From NCBI GenBank assembly GCA_010093995.1, contig ML992511.1:233917-297916 (forward strand): a stretch of DNA of 64,000 bases, in the 5' to 3' direction. The position numbers and the translations under genes are program-made. The notes below the pieces were generated by a model. The model ran no database searches, was not told the DNA's origin, and saw nothing but the letters and a program-made list of their open reading frames with translations. This document shows positions 36,733 through 50,507 of the stretch, one piece after another; position 1 is the first letter of the stretch; each line of letters begins with the position of its first letter. Source of the stretch: Elsinoe ampelina (taxonomy: Eukaryota).

Positions 36733-38326
36733 ATGACGCTCCCCCTCCTCGCTCTCCTCCTCCTCTTCCTCTTCCTCACCTACCACTTCCTCCTCCACCC
36801 CCTCCTCCTATCTCCCCTATCGCAGATCCCCTCAGCACACTGGTCCTCCCCCCTCTCCCCCCTCTGGATCCTCCACCTCCGCCGCCGCGGCCGCCCCAAC
36901 GCCACCATTCACGCGCTGCACCTCAAGTACGGACCCCTCCTACGCCTCGGCCCCAATGAACTCAGCGTCAATTGCGTCGACGGCGGCATCCGCACTGTCT
37001 ACGGCGGAGGCTACGAAAAGGGAGACTGGTACGCTGTGTTCCGCAACTATGGCGTGAGCAACGTCTTTTCGTCGGCGTCGAGGGGGGAGCATAGCGCCAG
37101 GAAGAGGATGTTGAGTAATGTGTATGCGAAGACGACGCTGCTCGGGAGTGGGACGTTGAAGGCGGTGGAGAGGAGGGTGGTGGGGGAGAGATTGGTGCCG
37201 TTCTTGAGGGGGGTGATGGGGAGGGGGGAGGAGGTGGAGATGTACTCGCTTTTCAGCGGGGCGGCAATGGATTTCGTGACGGGGTATATCTTTGGGTTGA
37301 AGTGTGGTAGTGATTTTCTTGGTGATCCGGAGAGGTGTCACAAGTGGGTGATGGATTACAAGGCCAGGCAGGAGTTTATCTTTTGGCCGCAGGAAATGCC
37401 GGGGTTGGTGGCGTGGGCGAAGAGGCTGGGCTGTAGGCATTGGTTGGTGCCGGAGTGGGTGGATCAGGCGAATCAGAATATCGAGGATTGGGTAATGGGG
37501 TTGTGTGATGCAGCAGGGGGGATCTTCCCGGAGCGAGCAGGGTTGAAAGATGGGGATAGGGCAGTAGTGTACGATCAATTGAGGACGATGATGAAGAAGG
37601 GTAGAGGAGAGGGACCTGACAATGCCTTGACGACAAATGAGCGACTGGAAATCGCCTCTGAACTGCTCGATCATGTTGCAGCTGGCTTCGACACTACAGG
37701 TATCACACTTACCTACCTCGCCTGGGAACTGTCCAAACCATCGAATCTTGAGATTCAGCAACTGCTGAGGAAAGAGCTTCATGAGCAGCAAGCACCGGTC
37801 GACGCAAGCGAAGGAGGTGCGATTCTGGACCTGAAAGAACTGGACAACCTACCAGTCCTTCATGCGGTAGTGATGGAGTTCTCTCCGACTACACGCCTCA
37901 ATACCAGGAATCCAGCCCAGAGTGACACCACCGAATGCAGAACTGGGTCCATCCGGCAACACTGTCAAGGGAATTCCGGCGGGCGTGCGTGTTAATGCGC
38001 AGGCATACTCCCTACATCTCAACGAGGATGTCTTCCCAGATCCTGACAAGTGGGAACCACGAAGATGGCTCACGTCCGAAGGCGGGACTGACACTGGTGG
38101 AGAGAAGTCAAGGTGGTTCTGGGCTTTCAGTAGTGGTGGTAGGATGTGCATCGGTAGCAACTTGGCTATGCTGGAGATGAAGAGCATTGTAGCTGCCATA
38201 TGGGGAAACTTCGCGACCAGTATGGCGGACGATCGTGGCATGACTCACAACGATGGCTACACATCGGAACCACATGGGACCCCGGATGGAGCATATCTCC
38301 GTCTCCGCTTTGCCGCTGTGACATGA
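36733..38326 (+). CDS. Cytochrome P450 with a single +1 frameshift at about 37879 (recent pseudogene or sequencing error)
   Basis: N-terminal TM segment, LRLGPNELS, I-helix AGFDTT, heme motif FSSGGRMCIG. The ExxR motif is restored only by removing one T from GAGTTCTCTCCGA. Confidence 0.85.
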
Positions 38327-39882
38327 GGCTATCGCCAGGAGCCATTTGGCCGATCTCGCTTTGGCAACACGTAGTCGGTTGAAGCAGTCTCCGACAACAT
38401 CTGCCAAGATCTGCTTGCGGCCTCGTAAGGGCGTTCAGGTGTCTTGTGTAAGCTCAAGACTTGTCTTCGTCACGGACTTTACCGCTATGACGTCCGGAGG
38501 TTGTCGCAGCATCTTGATATGCCTTGTGACCGTCTGGTCCAGAAGATGCGTTATGCAAACGTTTCAGGTACTTTGCCTGCCGAGAAATGACAATAAGCCT
38601 TCACTGTCAAGTATGCTTATCGTCTGGTGCATTCGACCGAATCGCAACCGTGTAGCCGCCAAGATGTCTATGACGACTTCGTTGTATGAAGCGTTCGACG
38701 TTCTGAGGATTGGAAATTCTTAAACATGTGGGCGTTGCTTGTCATATAAAGTCGTAACGCAGAATGTCAGCGTCTTTCGTTCGACGTTTGTGGAACACGG
38801 CAGGGCTTTGTGAGACCCAATTCCATAAAGATGGTACAGCAGTTGTTGTGTCTCGGCTTTTCAGTCAGTCCTTGCTTGTCGTGGTAGGTCGTTCGTTGCA
38901 CGGTGCCTTTTCGGATGATGACGCATGTTATTTGATATGTGAGGCGAGGTGACAAATATCGACAAGCAGCCAAGATGACATGCGGAACAATAATTTGATA
39001 TGGATTTGGCTCCAAGGTGACGTGATCGGCCGGAGGTGAGTGCGAAAAATGTCGTAGATGAGCATTGAGGTGGAAGAACGGACATGTCAAGTCCTTATAC
39101 TACCAGGTCTGCTTGAATCGTGGTAGTCACGGTGCATGACCCAGGGTTCCTGGTTGATTTTGGCCGTTGACCAGTGGGGGCGCCCATTGGTTCTGCAGCA
39201 GTGAGCCGTGGGGGATTTGCTTCCCCTCGAAATCGTGTTATTACGATGAATGCGAGTTGACGGTTGAACTAGCAAGAACAAACAAAATCTTGTGCTACCT
39301 GCGCAGGAGGTGAAGTTGGGCCTACTAGTCAGTCTGCATAGGGATAAAGCCCCACTCCTTGCGTCTTCAGGTTCATTGCCCCACAAGCTTGACGACAACA
39401 GCTGGTCCAATCGTCTTTCTTTTTTCCTCCAAGACGATCTACCGCTTTTACCGAACCGCGGAAGGAAAGCATCGGTCGACAATCTACTCGTACATAGATT
39501 CTAGATAGTGTGATCATAGATCGTGCAACGTCTGATGGCGCTTGAATTTTGCACTGAAGGAGTCGAATGCAAATTGCAGTTTTGCCGTAAACATGTGCGA
39601 GCTGGGCGATCATATGCAGGTCCTTGGGCCTAACGGAACAGGTGTAAGACTAGCCCTGGATGATCTACAAGAAGCCACGTGCTGTTTACAGTGAGCAATT
39701 GCCAGGACATGAACACAAGCCGGATGAGCGCTCCGGAGTATGTGCATCTTCATAAGCCGTTCGACGATCAGCACTGCCATGCAGCTGGTACGAGAAGCTT
39801 CCTCCTCCTGATCCTCATCTGTGCCGCGGGAAACGTTTGGGCAGAAGTTTTTGCAAGCAGGATCCTGCTGGGCAATCACTAA

Positions 39883-42828
39883 GGGGCCGTCTCCTTCGTC
39901 GAATTTGACCGGTTTTTTGTGCTCGATTAGGAAGGTGTAATAGATGACCGATTTACGTATCCTTCGATAACTAATAGTTAGTCTTCTAGTAGCGCTTTTA
40001 ACTAGCTAGACTAACTCGATAGCCTAATAGAGTAAGGTTAGCTTATTAAGGCTAGTTATTTATACTTACTCTCGTAATTGTATATATAGATAACTAGTCT
40101 TTTTACTAGTCTTAGTAAACGCGTAAGTAAAAGCCTTATATAATACCTCTTAAGAAGTACTTTATCTACCTCCTCTACTACTCTCTCTACTACTCTCTCT
40201 ACTACTACAATTATAACCTTAATAGCGCTACTAGCTAGCTAGCTAACCTTCTAAGTAACCTCTATAGTGTTATTAACGCTAGTGCTATAGCGATTTAATA
40301 GTAGCTAGACTAAAGACATAGTCTCTATATTCCTTAGTTTCTTAGTAAGGGAAAAGACTACTAGTAAATAAGCTTAATTTAGCTTTAAGGCTATTACCTT
40401 TTAGTAGGCTATACTAATTATTATAGTAGTAATACGGCATATAGAACCTAGCGATATAATAGAAGAGAAGGTTTATAATAAGTATAGAGCTTTAAAGGGG
40501 AATTAGTTAAATTATAAAGCGCTTTACTACTAGTCTAGTTAGATAATAGATAGTAATAGTATACTATATACTAAGCCTTATATAATAGAGAAGTACTTTG
40601 TCTCTTACGCTAGCGCTTAAAAATTTAAATACTATAAATTTAAGTAGCTAGATCTTAGTAATAAGCTTTAGAGTAATATTATAGCTAGTAGTAAGTATAC
40701 TCTTACTTCTTCTAATATATATAAGGTTAGTAAGAAGAAGAAGAAGAAGAGAGAGGTACTATAGACAGTAGAGGAGTTAAATAGGCCTATAAAATTTAGC
40801 TAGTCTCTAAGCCCTTACCTTATATAGCTACCTTTAATACTAGTAGCCTTCTTATATATAGGTATACTAGTAAGCTTAATTATTCTAAATAAGAGGTAGA
40901 AGATAGATAAGGTAAACTAGACAATATAAGCTATTCTTAATGTAATAAAGAGGTTAAATAAGATAGCTAAAAGGCCTTTAGCTATTACTTATATAACTAC
41001 TAAATTTACTAAGGAGTTTACTTATCTTATACTAGCGATAAAGGTAAAGGCTTTACTAGCCTTAAAAGAGGTAGTAGAGTACTAGCTTAAGTTAGATAAA
41101 GGTATAAGATATAAGCTTATAAGTAAATAGACTAACTTACTACTTATAATACTTATTAAAGATAAGGTAGATAGAGAGGTATAATAGAAGAAGAAGAAGA
41201 ATAAAGAGCCTTTATAGCTTAAAGTTAACTTCTTATATAACTATTACTCTTATAGACAGGTAGTAAGGTTTTTTTTATAGCCTCTTTAATTCTTTATACT
41301 TACTTATAACCTTTATTATATATTTAATTTAAATATAGAAGCTACTAAACGATTGTTAAATAACTAAAAACTATTATTTAATTATACTATATCGTTTACT
41401 ACTCCCTTCTATCGACCTTAGTGCTACTATAGCTTAAGCTAGTAGTTATACTATATATTCTTAGCTATCTTATTATAATATTTAACTATATATATATTAT
41501 CTAAATTTAGCTCCCCTTTACCTATTAGATAGCTAATAGGCTTAGAGATCTTCTTCTTCTTCTTCTTCTTCTTCTTCTTCTCCTTAAGATAGATAGATAT
41601 CTAGATACTTAGTAAAAGGTTATAAAGTATAGCTAGATAGTATACTATTTACACCTATGTAAGTATTAAAGGAAACTTAAATTACTTATCTAGTATCCGC
41701 TACTATCTCTTAAGTAATCTAAAGCTTCTTTTAATAATATTATAGAGTTATAAGTAGTATAAATTAAAGAGCTCTTTTAGACTTTAAGGCTATTAGTTAG
41801 TAGCCTTATATTTATAGAAGTAGTACCTTATACCTTAATAGAGCACTAAGATATTAATCCGATTACTATATCTAGTATTAGCGAGATAATAAGCACCTTC
41901 TAGAGTAGAGAAGCTCTTAGTATAAGTATTAGTAAGTACTTAAGTATTATATATAGATCTCTCCTATTCTAGTAATAGGTAGATAAACTTTATCTTATAG
42001 TTTATAACTACTAATACGTTCTATAATAGGCTACCTTTTTAATTCCTCTAAGCTAATTACTTACTAAGAATATAAGCGTAGATATAAGTGCTATTAAGAG
42101 CACTAATATAGCTTTAGAAGTAAGGCTAAAACTTACAATTTATCTAGATATCTAGTAGCACTTAGAGTAATATAATTAGCACTATATATTTGTTATATAA
42201 AGAGAAGAGACTTTATAAGGCTTAATAGAAGAATTAGCTAACTATTTAAATAACTATACTAACCTTAGTAGTAATGTACTAATAGCTAGCGCTAGTAGTA
42301 AGAATATAGAGAGTAATAAAGAGCTTATAGTAAGTAAGTAACTTATAGCTATTATTAAGAGCTAGAGTTATTATTATTAAGCGCTTATAGAGATAGTAGA
42401 AGAAGGCTACTATACACTATATATATTACTTATAGTTCTTATTAACCTTAATACTCTAGTTAATCTAGTTAAGGCTAAAGCCTTAAGTATTAAGCCAATA
42501 GTTACTAGTAATCCCTAGAGGCTTATATATGTCCTTTAACTATGTAAGTAAAGTACTAGAGAGAAGACTAGTAAGAAGTATATGTAATTAATTATCTATA
42601 ACTACTTAATTTAGTATACTAATCTTGTTAGTATAGAGTACTATAACCTTACGTTCTATAGCAATACTAAACACAACACTTGCGTAACTTCTTACTGCCT
42701 TCCTTAGCTATAAGAGTGTCTTAGCTCTGTCTCTTAGCCTCGGCCGCTACTAATTTTACACTTTTTACACTAATTACGCTAAAAAAGACTAGCTCCACTA
42801 AAACACCAAGATCGAAGGAGACGGCCCC
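39883..42828. mobile_element. PIF/Harbinger-type DNA transposon, RIP-inactivated
   Basis: Perfect 16-bp TIRs GGGGCCGTCTCCTTCG / CGAAGGAGACGGCCCC with TAA on both sides (39880-39882 and 42829-42831). Interior is extremely TpA-rich, CpA/TpG-depleted and has no ORFs. Confidence 0.88.
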
Positions 42829-45468
42829 TAACGAAAGCATCACGGATCCAGCAAGGAAGTCGAAAGCGATAAGTTAATTATGCGAGGTCGCAATGAGGGC
42901 TTCCTCGATTTGGTCTAGCCTCGAGGGAGATCTGCCAACACGAGTCGCGCGGCCGTCGCAGCTCCTCGGACAAATCATTAATTGCGTCTTCACTCCATTT
43001 CCCGCGCCAGACGTGCTGAATTAGCTGCAAGCCCGCGTAGGATTGGCTGCCACGCGACATCTGGGCTGAAAGTATCTCAAAGTATGTCTGGTGGTACGAG
43101 CCTGCGAAGACAAAAAGTAATCTTGACAGCGAGCGTGACCATACGAATGTTCCAACCCATCTGACCGATTGAGTTCAATCACCAACCTCGCTGCGAACCT
43201 GGTAGGTTCGCATTGACATCAGGTCGTGTGCGCGCGCCCTTCAGCCTGGATGGTCCTGAATTTAGCAACGCCGGCCAGCTGACTTGATGCTCGGGGCAGT
43301 CGTGCAACGCGCTGGAGATGGATCTGAGACACGATGATGGAATAGCAATCTCCTGAATCGTCCCAGCATGTCGGAAGGGGCAATGCTTGTGCAGAGTTCG
43401 CAACTCAAAATCCGAGCGTGCACGTTTTGAACAGCCGTAAACGTCCGGGAACGGTCTTTTCCTGGGCAAAGCGCCGGCAGCAACAGCAGCATCTGATTTG
43501 CTGGATCGACCGCGCTATGTCACGTGTCGAGTCTCTCATGCGGGACTAGTTCAGTGTGGTGATCCCTGCAGAAAGCGAGCAAACCGGTGACGTGCCGGTT
43601 TGACGACGAAATTCGGCCCTGTCGGTCAATCCCCCGGCCTCCAGGCTCTTTGATGATTTTCCGCATGTCGGTCGACCTCGTGGCTAGTCTGGAGATCCTC
43701 TGTAAAAGGCTTCGGCTCTGTAGCTTAATCGTCTGCACCATGACTGGGGGACATGCATGAACCTAACCAGCGCCCAACCCCTCTTCCATATCCAATCAGT
43801 CTAGACTTTGAGAGCTTCTTCTTCTGCTTCTTCTTCTTCTTCTGCTACTGCCCGAAATCTTGTCCACGAACCAGTCTTTGCGACCTGAGCCCCGTCTTCT
43901 GTCATCACCTCCAGCTCCATCTTCAGCCCAGTCAACAGTCACCGCCAGTTCTCACCCGTCGTGTAACCGTTTATCCAACGTCGAATGTCTTGACCGAGAC
44001 TGGCGGCAGAGCCTGTTGCCATTAACCATCTTCGCCGCTGCAAACTGCTCACCGCTTACACCCTTTTGCGCGCATCTCTGGTGCTGTCGAGCTGTCCCCG
44101 AGTATCGGCGCGACCAGAGACACGGTACCAACGGGCATCCGCCCATCTCGCCTCCGCCGCTGCCACAACTGTCCGCGCCGAGACAGCCTGTCGTCAGCTA
44201 CCGCCAGTCTCACTGTGCCGACATTGCTTGCGCCCTGTTCATATTTGACGGAGCGCCGCATCGCCAGCTTGAGTCCCAGTGCCGAGTCTGCGACACGTCC
44301 CGAACAGTGGAACACTAGGGAAATCGTCGGCGGGAGACGCAAATTGGAGACCAAACTGACCTTTGTCCAACACGCTAGCCTCACTGCCCTACCGCGAAGA
44401 GACAGAGCCAGAGGGGTCCCCCAAATCTCACTTTGCTGCCCAGCATTCGGAGCCCGCTCAGACCTCCAGAAGGGCTCCCAATTCGCCAACCGCGTTTCCT
44501 ACATCATCCCATCCAGACTCTACCCCCTCAAAGGTCTCACACCGCATCGCAATCATTTCCAACAAAGGTTGACTGTCGACTGCTCATCTGTTTCATCCAC
44601 CATTGACTCTGTCGACCTGCTGAAATTAGATCCCGCCCTGACCCAGCCGGAGACTGCACCACATACACCGTCTCCAGTTTCGCATCCCACTTCTGGTACT
44701 GGCTCATCCGTCGGCCCAGTCTTTCTTTAATACCATAGTTCGTCCACCGGCCCGGGAGCTTTTTTGACAATCAACCTTCACTGCGCGTCTCCCACGGTAC
44801 AAACAACTTACATCAACTCCCCCAGAAGACCGGAGCTGTCGATCACGCGCACATTACCAGCGATACCACTCAACACTGCCGACAGATCAGCCAGGCACCA
44901 GCGAACCAAATGACCCTTGAGGCTTGACGGCGGAAAGTACTTACAGAGCCCGACGGACTGGTGATTGGACGCGTTTCCTTCTCCGCCCAGACGACCTTTT
45001 CAACCCAACCCACCGATTTCAACTCCGCTGACCCGTCTTTTGACTTGATTTCTGTCTTCTCTTGTGTGCTGCAATCGGAGGCCTGCGACTGTACTTTGAT
45101 CCTGCTGGCGCATGGAACTGGAATCGTACGCGCAAATTTGAATAGACTAGCAAGCTGCAAGTCTTGGAACCTCTTCCAGTCACTCCTTTCCCCTCGGACC
45201 AGTAGACCAGCAACGAGTAGGTCGCACGACCGATCAGTAGAAAGCGCAAATAGATCGAGCGGCAGTCGAAGAGACTCCCGCACCAACCGCAATCATTCTC
45301 GCACCACAGCAACACTTTTACCCCACCCCACCAACTCCCTCCCAGCAATTCACTGAAGCGCGGGTGTACAGAGGGAGTGAAGTCAAGGATTCGCGCATTC
45401 ACACCCCTCCAAGATCACCCCAGCAGCACAGCATCGCGGACGCTGCGACGCACCGCTGGTGCCCGCCT

Positions 45469-47206
45469 ATGAACTATTACTACCCGGGTTACGGCGAACA
45501 GTCGCAATCCAGCTATTACCAGCTGGCCAGGTGAGCACTCCCGAAAGATGGCGGCGGTACTATCCATGCCAGCGCGTCTCTGGTCTTTGGAGGACCAGCG
45601 GCTGATTCCTCCTTTTAGCGAGGACTATGACCTCAAGATCCGCCAGCAGCCGAGGGACGCGCTGTTAGCGCAAGACGGCAAGGAGAAGAGTGAGTGTTTA
45701 CCGGAAAGAGATGGCAGGAAAGAGATTCGCTGACAAGCTTTGCGACAGGTCGTAAGCCCATCGACCCTCCGCCGATCGTCGAAGTCAACGTACGCGAAGC
45801 AGCAGATCCTATCAGGTGAGCAAACGACCATCGGCCAACGCAAGTGCGACAAACGAAACTAACTCGAGCAGACAATTCTTGCAGAGCCCTTACCTGTTCA
45901 TGACATGCAGTCTGGTCCCAGCAGATACTCAGTACGCAGATCCAAACGTCGCCGACGAGAAGGGACTTTGTGGATCCATGGTCTCTTCTCTCCACAAGCT
46001 GAAGGACATTGACAGCAAGGGTATGACCGATCAAGTAATCAGCTTGGTTCCAGAAGTGCTGACGCGACGAATTGCAGATGGTGGCTTCTTCGTCTTTGGT
46101 GACGTGTCAGTAAAGAGATTGGGAGAGCATAGGCTACTGTTCAGCTTGTACGAACTGCAAAAGTGTGCACCTCAACTCATCGCAAATTGGGCCAGGAAGT
46201 CTGACCGGACCAGGGAAACTCTTCAAGTCGCATTTCACAGGTCGATCCTGTCTGACGTCTTTACTGGTATGGGAACAATCTGATGGCCTTGAAAACGCGT
46301 CCATGCTGACGAGCTCAACAGTACATCCCCAGAAAGAATATCCAGGGTTGGAAGAGTCCACGCAACTATCGAGAACATTTGCCGATCAAGGTGTACGTTT
46401 GCGGCTGAGGAAAGAGTCGAGGACAATGGGTGCAGGGTAGGTCCTAGTCCTGAATGTTGATGATTGGTTCCATTGACGACTTGAGCAGCTCCAGCAGGAA
46501 GCGTAGCTATCCGTACACTTCGCAGCCTTCAGCAGGTCCTTCGAGACAGGCCACTTCAGGTCGCTCATCATCTTCTTACGGCTCCAGTCAGGTAGCAGGG
46601 TCAGCCTACAGCCAGCTTTCCAGATCTCCTTCTAAGCGTCAGCGATCTGAGGAAGGACAATATTCTGGATACCAGCTGCCAGCAAGACCATTGACCATGC
46701 ATGAGCAAGGCGGATCCTATTCTGGTTTACCAGAACCATACACCTCACCAGGTGCTGTGCCGAGAATGGGAGCTCAAAGTGCTCAGAGGACTAATCGGTG
46801 GTCCCACATGCCAGGAGGACCTACATCCACACCAACAGCAAGCTCAGATTTCACCTTCCGCAGCTCTTCTCTTCCTCGCCTCGATCCAAGTCTAACTTCA
46901 GCCCAGGGAGCTGGTATGCTTCCTCAAGGTACTGTCCAACAAGGTCCGGCTGGTTCCTCAACCATCAACCCGGCAAACGCTTCCTTCCAGCAGCAATCCT
47001 TCTCTTACGGCAGCGTTCCTGTATCCGGAGGCTACCAGCAGTCATTCCCGCAAGGCCAGTATCGTAGCGACTCCGGTTATCCGTCCCAGCCTGGAATGTA
47101 TCCATCCGACCAGTATGGCGATCCGAGTCAGGGCGGATACTCCGGTTCGTTCGATAACAATGGGCGGTCTGGATACTCAGGCGGATCATCTGGACGATGG
47201 CAATAG
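45469..47206 (+). CDS. vosA: Velvet-domain transcription regulator, VosA-like
   Basis: Multi-intron gene. [75 protein letters not shown]-terminal velvet domain plus a low-complexity tail. Confidence 0.8.
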
Positions 47207-48185
47207 TAGAGTCTTCCTCGCTGGAAATGACAATGCTGCTGACGAGGATATGTTGAATAATGACCTGGAGAAACGCAAAACTGAACGACACAAGCGCATT
47301 TCGGGCCGACTTGAGACTGGCGCTGGCGACAAGAACGAATCGACTCTTGATACTGTTTTGGATGGAGGAAACTACTATGTGCGACACTGTTGATACCCCG
47401 CGACAATTTCCCTTGTTCAGAAAAACACAAAGCGTTTCGCGGTCCAGGTTGTACAATAATGGGGGTTCAGGAGCAGGAGGGAAAGACTAGGCGAAGAAAC
47501 AAGCCGCACCTGCATCTCTCGCGAGATTGCTATGGATGCTGGCTGACAGGCATTGGGCGGATATTTGCTTTCTGGTTGTTTGACCAGGTCATCGCAGACC
47601 AGTCTGACAATCTGCATCTTCGGATCCGGCACACTCGCACGACACACAATAGATGGAATGCCCTCACGGGCTGTTTTGGGGGAATATCATGGGAACGAAC
47701 TACCAGGCGTGCGGCAATCTGACACTTTCTTTCGCTAGCGTTTCTTGGAAAAGCAGTCAAAAGATTTTGCTGTCCTTCTATATAATACCCATGTATATTA
47801 CATCACGCTCGTTCTGCCATATCTTGAAGTACCAGACTTGTTCTGAAGAAGCGTGCAGAAGAAGGACCGCCTCGACAACACCGCCAGAATCGATCAATGA
47901 ACCGATCACAAAAGCAAACCACATTATTCAATCCTTCACCGCTCCGTTCGGCGTATCAATCACACGAGCAACCACCATCTCCACTTTTCAAACGAGGCAA
48001 AGGCAAGCGACGCAGATCCCAAGAGACTGGCTAGGGTTCGGCCCGCGAGCGCGGTTGACGGCCATCGAAGCAATCAAGAACAACTTTAACATTCATCCTG
48101 GTCGCCTTGTGAACATCTCCGTCATCCATGGCGCAATTGCTTTCATGACACCAATTTGATAGGGCGAGCGCCAACGCAGACAGCC

Positions 48186-49079
48186 ATGCTCGCTTCTCGC
48201 TCACAGCGCGGCCCGGTCATCGCAATGAAGAGCTCTCTTCATGATCTAGACAGGCTGCTGTCGCGACTGGAGAAACAGGTCCTGTCAGAACAGGCAGATC
48301 CAGAGCTGCGCACATCTGTCTTTCTAAGGCGCAAAACTGGAGCTGTATGCGTTATCCTTGAGCTTGCGACACTGATCATACGCTGACTTCAAACACAGAA
48401 CATAGAATATGCCAGTACCCTCCTCCTTCGCCTCGAGCACGACATCTCCACCATCACGATCGTGTCACAGCGCCAATCTCTCTCCGCCGACCTGAAAGTC
48501 AAGCGCGACCTTATAAAGCAACTCAATCGTCATCTCATTGAGCTCGATCAGCTAGACACCGCATCAGACGATGAAGAGGAGGGGGACATTCCATCTGCGC
48601 CTACTTCTGAGCCCACTGAATCTACACCTACCTCCGCTCCCATTATTACCGAAGCGCCCACACTCCGCGCAAGGAAACAACGATCCCCTGCACCCGACAC
48701 AGCAGCCTCCTCTGCTCTCTTCAGCGGCCGTCCAAAAGACGACAGCACCCTCCAATCTCGCGAACAAGTCCTCACCTCTCAAGCGCAAGAGCAAGAAGCT
48801 ATCAAAGCATCCCTCGTGTCGCTGGCATCGGCACTGAAGCAATCAAATATCTCATTCTCGCAGTCATTGGAAGAGGAAAAGTCCGTCCTCGAAAGAGCAG
48901 CGAGTGGGTTGGACAAGAACACACTCGGCATGGAGAGCGCAGAGAGACGTATGGGGACACTCAGGAAGATGACAGAAGGACAAGGGTGGTATGGGAGGAT
49001 AAAGCTATATGCCATCATTGCGGCGCTGTGGCTGGCTTGCTTTCTGTTGGTCTTTATCGGCCCCAAGTTGAGGTTTTGA
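48186..49079 (+). CDS. USE1: ER Qc-SNARE, Use1-like
   Basis: Intron 48345-48398. LDRLLSRLE, NIEYA..LLRLEH, heptad SNARE coil and C-terminal TM ending PKLRF. Confidence 0.75.
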
Positions 49080-49195
49080 TATCCGTCTCCACAACATACC
49101 CTCTGATAGGTCATCGGATCACCTCAAATCGTACAAGTAGCCCAAATCACGACATCATGAACTTCATTACCCCATCTAATTCTTTCCATCAATAT

Positions 49196-50187
49196 CTACG
49201 GCTCAAACTTCGGGGTATACTTCCCCGCCGCCGCCTCAAACGCCTCCCTCCTCTTCCCCATTTCCTCCAAGAACGGATGTCCCTTATCCACTCCCTGCAA
49301 CTTCTTCACCACGGCATCCGCCTCTTCTCCCTTGCCCAGTATCGTGTTCAACACCGCCTGGTTGGCCAACGCGTCCGCGTTCTCCCCATCCAGCGCCAAA
49401 GCCTGCTGCAACGCCGTCTCCGCCTCGGGCAACCGACCGAGGTGCAGCTCCGACACAGCCTGCGCGACGAGCGATTGAGGCGACTGCGTCGACGGCGCCT
49501 GCGCGAGCTCTTCGAAAACGTAGAAAGCTTGTTGGTACTTGTCTCCTCCCTGCGACGAACGTCAGCCTTGTGCTTTCCTCTCTCGAAATACCCGCCGATG
49601 CCCTCCACATCTATCCGTTGACGAAGAAGAAGTAGACTCACCTCCCTCATCCCCACCCAAGCCTCCCCCAGATTCACAAGCAACGCATCCTGCGCAAAAC
49701 CCCTCGCGGCCTTGCACTCTTTCCCCGCCAGATCCGTCCTGTTCTGCAACAGATACACCTGTACGATCAGCGCCACGGCGTCCAGACTCCCCTGGTGTTT
49801 GCGCAGCAACGCCAGCGCGGCGTCGTACTCGCCTGCCCGCGCGAGGAGGGTGCCGATGAGGATCTGGACGGCCGCGTCGTCGGGGTGGGAGGCCGCGAGG
49901 GCGTGGGCGTCCGAGAGGGGTTTCGGGGTGGGGGACGAGAGGTGGGTCGTGAGCAGGCGGGAGGCGAGGTCTTGGGGGGATGCGGTGGGGGAGGGGGACG
50001 GGAGGCTGGAGAGGGCTTCGGTGTATTGCTTTAGGGCGAGGTGGGAGCGGAGTTGGAGGAGGCGGGCGAAGGCGGCGGAGGTGGTGGGGAAGGAGGAGAT
50101 GTCCGTGTCGATGACGGTTTGGTGTTGGGATTGGTGGAAGGCTGTGTGGATGTTGATGAGCTCCGAGTCGGTGGTGTAGGGGTCCAT
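49196..50187 (-). CDS. SEC28: Coatomer subunit epsilon
   Basis: MDPY..ELINIHTAFHQ, HQGSLDAVALIVQ..QNRTDLA, E|GGDKYQQAFYVFEELA across intron 49641-49550. Confidence 0.9.
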
Positions 50188-50507
50188 GGTTGCGGGAGGG
50201 CGGTGGAGGGGAGGGATGGGGTCAATGGGGTATGTGGCGACGGACTGGAGGGTGGAGATGGTGCTGGAGAGGGTTGAGGAGGTTGAGATGGTCAAATGTG
50301 CTCTTTTGTTGATGGTGGGTTGGAATTCAAGATGCTTGAGGAAGGTTGTCCACTTCGGCTGAACCCCGGATTGGCACCGAGTCAGCTCCCTGCATCTCAG
50401 GGGTATGAGAGAAGGCGGTAGGTTTTGTAGCGAGAGTTGTGAGTGATCGTAAATTTCGTATGTATGTGCGCTTGTTCTACATGTGGTTGTATGCTACAAA
50501 GATGCGC

